From contig JAIPJH010000006.1 of assembly GCA_021734245.1 (NCBI GenBank), forward strand, positions 5,194-69,193: a stretch of DNA of 64,000 bases. The letters run 5' to 3'. The notes beneath the pieces are model-generated. The model ran no database searches and had not been told where the DNA came from. It saw only the letters and a program-made list of their open reading frames with translations. Source of the stretch: Candidatus Cloacimonadota bacterium (GTDB lineage: Bacteria; Cloacimonadota; Cloacimonadia; Cloacimonadales; TCS61). Position numbers and translations under genes: made by a program. Each line of letters begins with the position of its first letter. Position 1 is the first letter of the stretch. Shown here one piece after another: positions 56,829 through 64,000 of this stretch.

Positions 56829-57618
56829 TATTCTTTCCAAGCGACGGGATGGTTATCATAATATCAGGACAATTTTTTCTGAAATAGAGATTTACGACCG
56901 CCTAAATTTTACTTTGACAAAAAATGGTGCTGTTCAGATTTTGTCAGACATGGACTTTGTAAGTGTAGATAAGAATTTAATTTATAAAGTCGCGGTCTTT
57001 ATAAAAGAAAAATTTAAAGTGAAAGAAGGTGCTGAAGTAGAATTGGAAAAGAATATTCCAATTTCAGCAGGATTGGGCGGTGGAAGCAGCAATGCTGCAA
57101 CTACAATAATTGCTTTGAACAAAATCTGGAATTTATACTTATCCCAAGATCAAATGCACGAAATTGCTGCTGAATTTGGAAGTGATATAAATTTTTTCCT
57201 TCATGGCGGAACTGCTATTGGAGAAAATCGTGGTGAGAAAATAGTTCCTGTTGATGATATTGAAATCGACAATATTTTCCTGGTAAATCCAGGATTTGGA
57301 ATTTCCAGCAGAGAAGCTTACCAAAATGTAGCTATAAGCACTCCCATTAGTAACTGGAATAAAATTTTAGAAACTGGAGATGTGAAATTCTGCTTCAATA
57401 AATTGGAATCTGGCATATCGAAATTTTATCCGGAAATAACAAATATTATAAAATATTTAAATGAGAATGGAGCTGCACAAGCTATTCTCTCTGGAAGTGG
57501 AGCTACAGTTATTGGCTTTTGTCCCAATAGAGAAATTGCAGAAAAATTCTCAGAATATTTTTCCAAGAAAAAGTATTGGAATTGCATTACAAAAACAATA
57601 AAAAGGAGAACAAAATGA
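56764..57618 (+). CDS. ispE: 4-diphosphocytidyl-2-C-methyl-D-erythritol kinase
   Basis: [20 protein letters not shown] and [14 protein letters not shown] (GHMP kinase motif). This is the only in-frame start, and it overlaps the upstream gene by 65 nt. Confidence 0.85.
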   Translation: MEKNRKRSVSLRSYAKINLFLDILSKRRDGYHNIRTIFSEIEIYDRLNFTLTKNGAVQILSDMDFVSVDKNLIYKVAVFIKEKFKVKEGAEVELEKNIPISAGLGGGSSNAATTIIALNKIWNLYLSQDQMHEIAAEFGSDINFFLHGGTAIGENRGEKIVPVDDIEIDNIFLVNPGFGISSREAYQNVAISTPISNWNKILETGDVKFCFNKLESGISKFYPEITNIIKYLNENGAAQAILSGSGATVIGFCPNREIAEKFSEYFSKKKYWNCITKTIKRRTK

Positions 57619-57923
57619 ACATTACAGATGTAAAAGTATTTATCAGAGAAAGCAATCAACTGAAAGCATTCGTCAATATCGTTATCGACGATGCATTTAT
57701 CGTGAGAAACATCAAAGTTATTGAAGGTGAAAATGGACTATTCGTAGCCATGCCAAGCCGTCGTGTCAGCACAGGAGAATATCGCGATATCGCACATCCT
57801 ATCAACACTGAAACAAGAAATATGATCGAAAAGATCATCATCGAGAAGTACAAAGAAGTCTTGCAAGATGCTCTTTCCAATGCCGAAGGTACTGAAGAAC
57901 CTAAAGAACAAACTGAAGAATAA
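57615..57923 (+). CDS. spoVG: Septation protein SpoVG
   Basis: [50 protein letters not shown]. The ATG follows AAGGAG. Confidence 0.9.
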   Translation: MNITDVKVFIRESNQLKAFVNIVIDDAFIVRNIKVIEGENGLFVAMPSRRVSTGEYRDIAHPINTETRNMIEKIIIEKYKEVLQDALSNAEGTEEPKEQTEE

Positions 57924-57926
57924 TCA

Positions 57927-58874
57927 ATGTTTTCAAGGCTCAAGGTTTTTACTGGAAATGCAAACGTCGAATTGGCAAAAGAAGTTGCCAAATTTGCTGG
58001 AATTCCTTTGGGAGAAGCTGATGTTTTTAAATTTTCCAATGATAATACATTTGTGAAAATAAATGAAAACGTTCGTGGAGCTGACACATTTATCATTCAA
58101 CCAACTTGTTATCCTGTTAATGATAACTTGATGGAATTATTGATAATGATCGATGCCCTGAAGCGAGCTTCTGCACAAAGAATCAATTGTGTAATTCCCA
58201 TATTTGGTTATGCCAGATCAGATAAAAAAGATCAACCGCGTATTCCCATTACAGCAAAACTTGTTGCCGACCTTTTAGGTGTGGCAGGAGCCGATCGTAT
58301 TGTGGCAATGGATTTGCATTCAGATCAAATTCAGGGCTTTTTTGATATACCGGTCGATCATTTGAATTCACTACCAATATTCGTTCGATATTTTACAGCC
58401 AACCTTGATCTTTCCAATGCTGTTATTGTATCTCCGGATACAGGTGGTACGGCCAGAGCGAGAGCTCTTGCTGCCAGGTTGGATCTGGGTTTGGCTATCG
58501 GCGATAAACGAAGAACGGGTAATGATGACAAAACTGAGATACTGAATATCATCGGTGATGTGGAAGGCAAAATCGCGATTCTGTTTGATGACATTATCGA
58601 TACCGGTGGAAGTCTTTGCAAGATGTCTAATGTTCTGATGAAAAAAGGTGCTAAGAAAGTTTATGCTGCTTGCGCTCATGGAATTTTATCGGGAAAAGCT
58701 ATTGTAAATCTTGAAAAAGCTCCGATCGAAAAAGTTTTCATTACAAATTCAGTACCACTTTCCAAAGAAAAACAAAAATGCAAAAAAATAGTACAGCTCT
58801 CCATAGCTGAACTATTGGCAACAGCTATAAAAAAAATACATATAGAGGAGTCATTAAGTATCTTATTTAGATAG
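57927..58874 (+). CDS. prs: Ribose-phosphate diphosphokinase
   Basis: LKVFTGNAN...YARSDKK...DLHSDQIQGFF...DDIIDTGGS motifs, 315 aa. Confidence 0.9.
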   Translation: MFSRLKVFTGNANVELAKEVAKFAGIPLGEADVFKFSNDNTFVKINENVRGADTFIIQPTCYPVNDNLMELLIMIDALKRASAQRINCVIPIFGYARSDKKDQPRIPITAKLVADLLGVAGADRIVAMDLHSDQIQGFFDIPVDHLNSLPIFVRYFTANLDLSNAVIVSPDTGGTARARALAARLDLGLAIGDKRRTGNDDKTEILNIIGDVEGKIAILFDDIIDTGGSLCKMSNVLMKKGAKKVYAACAHGILSGKAIVNLEKAPIEKVFITNSVPLSKEKQKCKKIVQLSIAELLATAIKKIHIEESLSILFR

Positions 58875-58959
58875 ATTACTTGAACGCTATAAGTTTTGTA
58901 GTAGCAAAAGAATGAATACTACGAAAAGCACAGTAGTGAATGATTACAACGGAGGATAG

Positions 58960-59625
58960 ATGAACGTAAAAATCAAAGCTAAAATCAGAGAATTAGGAAA
59001 GAAGTCCGATCTGAAACGTTATCGGAAAGAGGGCTTTATTCCTGCTGTAATTTATGGTGAAGGAAAAGAAGGAAAATATATTCTTCTGGATCATACTGCT
59101 TTTAATAAAAGCTTTAGAAAAACTATTGGTGGAGTTGCTATTTTTGACATCGATGTCGATGGAGAAGAACATTCAACTTTTATCAAAGACAAACAGGTCC
59201 ATCCAGTTTCCAGAAGAATTGTACATATCGATTTTGTTGAACTTCACAAAGGTCAACCAATTACTTTGGAAATACCAATCAAATTTGTTGGTGTAGCAAA
59301 AGGTTCAAAAGAAGGTGGAGTTGTGGAATATCTGCACAGATCGATCGAGATTTCCTGTTTACCAAAAGATATTCCAGATGAAATTGAAGTTGATATTTCA
59401 GATTTAGGTGTTGGAGATGCTCTTCACTTCGCAGAAGTTAATCTCCCAGACACAATAACTACAACAATGGCAGATGATACTGCTATAGTTTCGGTTAAAG
59501 AACCTCAGATGAAGCTTGTAGTAGAAGAACCAGAAGAAGGTGAAGAACTCGAAGAAGGAGCAGTTTCTGAAGAAGGTGAAGGAGATTCTGAAGAAAGAAA
59601 AACTGAAGAAGAATCTTCTGAATAA
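58960..59625 (+). CDS. rplY: 50S ribosomal protein L25 (Ctc form) with an acidic tail
   Basis: LRKEGFIPAVIYG...VHPVSRRIVHIDF, C-terminal E-rich tail, GGAGGA ribosome-binding site. Confidence 0.88.
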   Translation: MNVKIKAKIRELGKKSDLKRYRKEGFIPAVIYGEGKEGKYILLDHTAFNKSFRKTIGGVAIFDIDVDGEEHSTFIKDKQVHPVSRRIVHIDFVELHKGQPITLEIPIKFVGVAKGSKEGGVVEYLHRSIEISCLPKDIPDEIEVDISDLGVGDALHFAEVNLPDTITTTMADDTAIVSVKEPQMKLVVEEPEEGEELEEGAVSEEGEGDSEERKTEEESSE

Positions 59626-60206
59626 TGAGATTGATCGTTGGGTTGGGAAATCCTGGTAATAAATACAAAAATAATCGACACAACCTGGGTTTTCTTTTAG
59701 CAGATCGATTTGCCAGCAGCAAAGATATCAATTTCAAAAGCAGGAAGAAATATGATTTCTGTAAGCTGCAGGACATTGTTCTGATCAAACCTAAAACTTA
59801 TATGAATAGAAGTGGAGCAGCCGTTACTTCGGTTCTCACCGAAAATAGATTGGAAGACATTCTGGTAATCGTAGATGATATTTATCTGCCGGTTGGAGAA
59901 ATACGTTTAAGAAGAAATGGCGGCTTTGGAGGACACAACGGTCTCAAATCGATCGGAGAAGCTCTGGGAACAGATAACTTCAAACGAATGAGAATCGGCG
60001 TTGGTTCTCCAGATAAGGAAGAACTTTCAGATTTTGTATTATCTGACTTTTCTTCTGCAGAAAACCAAAAAATGCAAATTGTGATGCAATTTGCAGAAGA
60101 TCTTTTAAAAGAATATGTAGAATATGATTTCGACCAGATGGTCGCATTATATAGTAAATTGAAAAAATCCTATTCTGAGAAAATACAGGACTCTCAGGAT
60201 CAGTAG
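59625..60206 (+). CDS. pth: Peptidyl-tRNA hydrolase
   Basis: MRLIVGLGNPGNKYKNNRHNLGF...YMNRSG...GGHNGLKS motifs. Confidence 0.92.
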   Translation: MRLIVGLGNPGNKYKNNRHNLGFLLADRFASSKDINFKSRKKYDFCKLQDIVLIKPKTYMNRSGAAVTSVLTENRLEDILVIVDDIYLPVGEIRLRRNGGFGGHNGLKSIGEALGTDNFKRMRIGVGSPDKEELSDFVLSDFSSAENQKMQIVMQFAEDLLKEYVEYDFDQMVALYSKLKKSYSEKIQDSQDQ

Positions 60207-60250
60207 AACAAACGTGCTTGTTTGTTCAGAAAAAGACCAAAGGAGGAAAA

Positions 60251-60535
60251 ATGCTGAAAAAGTATGAAAGCATGATCATCGTTTCACCATCACTCAGTGA
60301 AGACGGTTCAAAACAGATCAACGAAACCATTCAATCTTTTATCAAAGATAATGGTGGAGAAGTTTTGAACACAGATGAATGGGGCAAGAAACGTTTAGCT
60401 TACGAAATTCAAGATGAACGCGAAGGTATCTTCTTCGTAAATTATTACACATTTGATCCCGCAAAAATCGATGACTTAGACCGTCTTTTAAAATTGAATG
60501 AAAATGTTCTTCGTTATAATATTCTTGTAAAATAA
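60251..60535 (+). CDS. rpsF: 30S ribosomal protein S6
   Basis: The ATG at 60251 follows AGGAGG. MLKKYESMIIVSP...WGKKRLAYEI. Confidence 0.9.
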   Translation: MLKKYESMIIVSPSLSEDGSKQINETIQSFIKDNGGEVLNTDEWGKKRLAYEIQDEREGIFFVNYYTFDPAKIDDLDRLLKLNENVLRYNILVK

Positions 60536-60547
60536 AGGGGAGTTGAT

Positions 60548-60997
60548 ATGAGTGAACTAAGATTTCCAAAGATCAACACTATTATTTTAAGCGGACGTTT
60601 GACCCGAGATGTAGAATTACGTTATATTCCGAATGGAACTCCAGTTGCAAAACTCTCTTTAGCTTTCGATAGAAGTTATCAAAAGAATGGAGAATGGCAG
60701 CAGGAAACCAGTTATATCGACGTAACTGTGTGGAGTAAACGTGGAGAACAATGTGCCGAGTATCTTCGAAAAGGCAGTCCTGTCCTGGTAGAAGGTTATT
60801 TGCGCACACATTCTTATGTAGATTCAAACAATCAAAATCGAAAAGCTACCGAAGTAGTAGCATACAAAGTATCTTTCCTGGAAAAATCTGATATGGGTTC
60901 GGCACAATACAATCCTGCCAATAATAATAATGCTGATCAGAAACAGGATAACATCAATTCCGAAGCCACAATGACAGATGATGATGTACCATTCTAG
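60548..60997 (+). CDS. ssb: Single-stranded DNA-binding protein
   Basis: OB-fold NTIILSGRLTRDVELRYIPNGTPVAKLSLA and the C-terminal acidic tip DDDVPF. Confidence 0.9.
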   Translation: MSELRFPKINTIILSGRLTRDVELRYIPNGTPVAKLSLAFDRSYQKNGEWQQETSYIDVTVWSKRGEQCAEYLRKGSPVLVEGYLRTHSYVDSNNQNRKATEVVAYKVSFLEKSDMGSAQYNPANNNNADQKQDNINSEATMTDDDVPF

Positions 60998-61073
60998 GAA
61001 AAAAGTTTCTTTTGAAGAAACAAATTCTAATTAATAAATTATGAATTAATTAGATTTACTTTAAGGAGAAAAC

Positions 61074-61430
61074 ATGGAAGAAAAAAAAGAAACAAAAAAA
61101 AATGTAAACGATCAAGCAGATAAAAAAGTGGAAGAAAAGAAAGAAAGAAAAGAATATAAACGTTCAGAAAGTTCAAGAAGACCACAGAAAAAACGTTTTT
61201 CCAGAAAGAAATTTTTCTTCAAAAAACGTGTGTGCTTCTTTTGCACAAACAAAGATTCTGTGATTGATTACAAAGATGTTGGCCTGATGAAAAGATTTGT
61301 TTCCGATAATGGAAAGATCTCTCCCCGCCGGTTTACCGGAACTTGCGCCAAGCATCAGAAAAAAGTTTCTGTAGAAATCAAGAAAGCCCGTCAGATGGCT
61401 CTTCTTCCTTTCACAGACAAGCACAAATAA
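61074..61430 (+). CDS. rpsR: 30S ribosomal protein S18 with a Lys/Glu-rich N-terminal extension of about 45 aa
   Basis: The core [60 protein letters not shown] is preceded by [30 protein letters not shown]. Confidence 0.88.
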   Translation: MEEKKETKKNVNDQADKKVEEKKERKEYKRSESSRRPQKKRFSRKKFFFKKRVCFFCTNKDSVIDYKDVGLMKRFVSDNGKISPRRFTGTCAKHQKKVSVEIKKARQMALLPFTDKHK

Positions 61431-61444
61431 TTTCAGTTAGTTAG

Positions 61445-62314
61445 ATGTATGTTGTTGCAGTTTTAGCAGCTTTCATTACATCACTCTCTCCTCTGGGAGG
61501 GATGATCTTTACACTGGCATATGGTGGTAAATACCGGGAAAATATAACCAGATTTCTAACTGTATTTTTAGCAACTGGAATTTTGTTATTCATAACTAAA
61601 ATTGTTGATGTTGTAACTTTTACCGACATTTTTTTGGGAGTCGGCATTGCTGCAGCTATCTACTTTTTTGTATTACGAAAAACAGGAAATTATCTTTTTT
61701 CAATTTTAGCGGCATACGGTTTTGATGCAATTATTGCAATAATCAAAAAAATTGCTTTTGGATCAATCATTCTGGACAATATAAATATTGCTTTAAATAC
61801 TTATCAGAAGCTGATGGAATCATCATTTCAAAATAATCCTGAACAGATGGATTTAGGATTGCAGCTGATGGAAACAACCAGGCAGATCTTTGAACAATAT
61901 TATGTTGGTATCTGGATGCTTTCTATCATTGTCGGATTATATTTGGGAACTCTAATTATTTCCAAAAACAGCGAGATCAAATGGCAGCACAGATTTATTC
62001 AACTTCAGTATGAATCTATCTACTTTGTCATCGCTGCTTTGATTTTATTTGTGATCCCGAAATGGCGAATTCTCGGTATGAATGCACTATTAATTTTAGC
62101 GCCATTATTTTTGATAGAAGGAATCTCAATTCTGGATTTTTATTGGGGAGATTTCTTTAAAAAAACAAAATTTTTACTTTTTTTGTTGATTATTTCGATG
62201 GTGTTCAATTATTTTATACTAAGTTTGATAGCCTTGATAGGGCTGTTGGATATTTGGTTTGATTTTAGAAAAATTAGAAATACGGAGGACATAGATGAAA
62301 CTAATTCTAGCTAA
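61445..62314 (+). CDS. Polytopic membrane protein (YybS/DUF2232-like, inferred from position between rpsR and rplI)
   Basis: About 7 hydrophobic segments. The synteny rpsF-ssb-rpsR-membrane protein-rplI resembles that of Firmicutes. Confidence 0.45.
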   Translation: MYVVAVLAAFITSLSPLGGMIFTLAYGGKYRENITRFLTVFLATGILLFITKIVDVVTFTDIFLGVGIAAAIYFFVLRKTGNYLFSILAAYGFDAIIAIIKKIAFGSIILDNINIALNTYQKLMESSFQNNPEQMDLGLQLMETTRQIFEQYYVGIWMLSIIVGLYLGTLIISKNSEIKWQHRFIQLQYESIYFVIAALILFVIPKWRILGMNALLILAPLFLIEGISILDFYWGDFFKKTKFLLFLLIISMVFNYFILSLIALIGLLDIWFDFRKIRNTEDIDETNSS

Positions 62315-62741
62315 GAATGTAGAAAAGCTAGGAGAGGCAGGAAGCGTGGTAGATGTAGCCGATGGCTATGCAAGAAATTACCTGTTACCACAAAACCTGG
62401 CTATTGTAGCAAATCAATATAACCTTTCCAAAGTGGAAGCAATAAAGAAAGAAGCTGAAGCCGAAAAATTGGCTATGGAAAACAAGTACAATGGAATCGT
62501 TCAACAGATCAATGATCTGGGTGAAATTTCATTCCAGAGAAAAGCTGACGAAAATGATCATTTATTCGGTTCAGTTTCCGAAGTTGATATTGCCAACGCT
62601 TTAGAGGAAAAAGAAATTGAGATCCATAGATCGAATGTAAATATGGAAAAACATCTCAAGGAAATTGGCAGTTTTGATGTTGAAATCGAATTCATTAACG
62701 ACATTAAAACTACATTGAAAGTTAAAGTTGAGAAAGAGTAA
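62295..62741 (+). CDS. rplI: 50S ribosomal protein L9
   Basis: MKLILAKNVEKLGEAGSVVDVADGYARNYLLPQNLA, GGAGGA ribosome-binding site. Confidence 0.9.
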   Translation: MKLILAKNVEKLGEAGSVVDVADGYARNYLLPQNLAIVANQYNLSKVEAIKKEAEAEKLAMENKYNGIVQQINDLGEISFQRKADENDHLFGSVSEVDIANALEEKEIEIHRSNVNMEKHLKEIGSFDVEIEFINDIKTTLKVKVEKE

Positions 62742-62764
62742 AAAAGAATAGAGGGAGGTAAACC

Positions 62765-63313
62765 TTGAAGAAGATCATAAATTTTATCGGATGGCTTGTA
62801 CTACTTTTAGCATTTGCATCACTGGGGCTTTCATCCGATGATCCTACATTTGGATTTTTCTTTTATCTGGCATTTTTTGTAGTTGTTTTTGGACTTGTGT
62901 TCCTTTATATCAAAAAGCATCAGAAAAGAAAAGAATCTAATCCTAAAACCTTGATCATTATTCATAAAGTATCAGGTCTTGCATTGTTGATTGTTGCCCT
63001 TTTCAGCCCGATTATTGCACTCAGGAAAATTCAACTACCGTTCACTCCTAATTTGATCATTCTGGTTATTACTGCAGCGATGATCTTTTTGGGAATTATT
63101 GCTGTTCGTTTGGTAAACAAAGGCGGCGCAATAAAACTTTTAGGATTGCTGTTGCTGATTTTGTTATCAGCAATTCCAGCTTTTTTTGCAACCTCTTATC
63201 TAAGCCAGTTTTTCCCGAATGCCTACAACGCGTTGGGAACATCATACTGGGCAATAATAGCAGTAGCAATCTTTTCCTGGTGGGGTTTGTCTCTTTATTC
63301 CAGCAAAAAATAA
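62765..63313 (+). CDS. Hypothetical membrane protein
   Basis: TTG start 5 nt after GGAGGT. About 5 TM segments. Confidence 0.45.
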   Translation: MKKIINFIGWLVLLLAFASLGLSSDDPTFGFFFYLAFFVVVFGLVFLYIKKHQKRKESNPKTLIIIHKVSGLALLIVALFSPIIALRKIQLPFTPNLIILVITAAMIFLGIIAVRLVNKGGAIKLLGLLLLILLSAIPAFFATSYLSQFFPNAYNALGTSYWAIIAVAIFSWWGLSLYSSKK

Positions 63314-63326
63314 TAGCTGAGTTCTG

Positions 63327-63635
63327 ATGGATCTGATGCGCTCCGGCAGTGCCTGGAAAAGTATTGTTTATCGCATTGCCGGCGATGATAAGAAAGATTT
63401 TGTTACTCTGGCTTTCGGTTGGAAATCTATTGTAGGAAATATTTTAGCCGAAAGAACTCAATTGCACAAAATCGAAAAAGATGTTCTTTTTGTTTCTGTT
63501 GCAAACAGTGTGTGGATGCAGGAACTTATTTTACGCAAAGAACAGATCCGAAAAGATATTCATTCTATTCTGAGAATAAAATTAGCAGAAATCGTTTTTT
63601 TCGTAGGAAAAGAAGATAAAAAGATCAGGATTTAA
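63327..63635 (+). CDS. DUF721/DciA-like small protein
   Basis: The pattern WKSIVGNILAERTQLHKIEKDVLFVSVANSVWMQELILRKEQI is typical of DUF721 proteins. Confidence 0.5.
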   Translation: MDLMRSGSAWKSIVYRIAGDDKKDFVTLAFGWKSIVGNILAERTQLHKIEKDVLFVSVANSVWMQELILRKEQIRKDIHSILRIKLAEIVFFVGKEDKKIRI

Positions 63636-63648
63636 AACAGGAAATATT

Positions 63649-64000
63649 ATGGTAAAAATAGCACCATCTCTGCTTTCAGCAGATTTTATGAATCTGGAAA
63701 AAGAGATTCATCAGATTGAAAAAGCAGGAGCTGATATTCTTCATCTGGATGTGATGGATGGGCATTTTGTGCCAAATCTCACGTTCGGAATGCCGATAAT
63801 TCAGCAGATAAAGCAGATTGCGTCTATTCCTCTCGATGTTCATCTGATGGTGACTAATCCGCAAGTTTACCTTGAAAAACTTGGAGAATGGAAGATCGAA
63901 TATGTTTCATTTCATCAGGAAACTGTGTTTCATCTGCATCGACAGCTCCATGTTTTGAAGCAACTTGGAACGAAAGCTGGAATCGCTTTGAATCCGGCAA
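63649..64000 (+). CDS. rpe: Ribulose-phosphate 3-epimerase, N-terminal part (runs off the window end)
   Basis: Absent from the ORF track because there is no stop in the window. The ATG at 63649 gives MVKIAPSLLSADFMNLEKEIHQIEKAGADILHLDVMDGHFVPNLTFG. Confidence 0.88.
   Translation, partial: MVKIAPSLLSADFMNLEKEIHQIEKAGADILHLDVMDGHFVPNLTFGMPIIQQIKQIASIPLDVHLMVTNPQVYLEKLGEWKIEYVSFHQETVFHLHRQLHVLKQLGTKAGIALNPA

Overview
This is an AT-rich, densely packed bacterial chromosomal window with about 60 protein genes on both strands.

**Likely lineage.** The gene content suggests an anaerobic, fermentative member of the FCB group, plausibly Cloacimonadota-like. The pointers are an rnfCDGEAB operon, butyrate kinase, an archaeal-type ProRS, and several secreted proteins ending in a T9SS/FlgD-Ig-like C-terminal sorting domain (NYPNPFNPET...GVYFY). 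This is inference from content only and has not been verified.

**Housekeeping genes recognised.**
- Cell envelope and sugar metabolism: murA (partial), wecB, kdsB, an amidase.
- tRNA modification and charging: mnmA, mnmG, hisS, proS.
- Protein folding and targeting: trxA, groES, ftsY.
- NAD synthesis: nadB, nadA, nadC.
- Other metabolism and repair: buk, nfo, amt, ispE, spoVG, prs.
- Ribosomal cluster: rplY, pth, rpsF, ssb, rpsR, rplI, plus rpsT elsewhere.
- rpe (partial) at the window end.
- One RNA gene: a long-form SRP RNA upstream of hisS.

**Most interesting content.**
1. A T9SS-like attachment module. A 1663-aa C25 (gingipain/PorU-like) peptidase carrying its own sorting domain is followed 2 nt later by a PorV-like outer-membrane barrel. 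Directly downstream are a mini SLBB export protein and a Wzc-type tyrosine kinase. Several cargo genes with the same sorting domain lie in the window.
2. A modular family of GC-rich hairpin repeats joined by a GATTNAN heptamer microsatellite. It fills most of the longer intergenic spacers between roughly 2 and 47 kb, sits inside the rnf operon, supplies the stop codons of at least two genes, and brackets three genes with direct repeats.
3. A 1996-aa LRR/PKD adhesin-like protein with nested recent duplications, plus an 88-bp perfect duplication of its 3-prime end.
4. A secreted cyclophilin whose conserved motif carries an in-frame TGA.
5. Two copies of a MITE-like element.

No CRISPR array, tRNA, rRNA, transposase or integrase gene could be supported.
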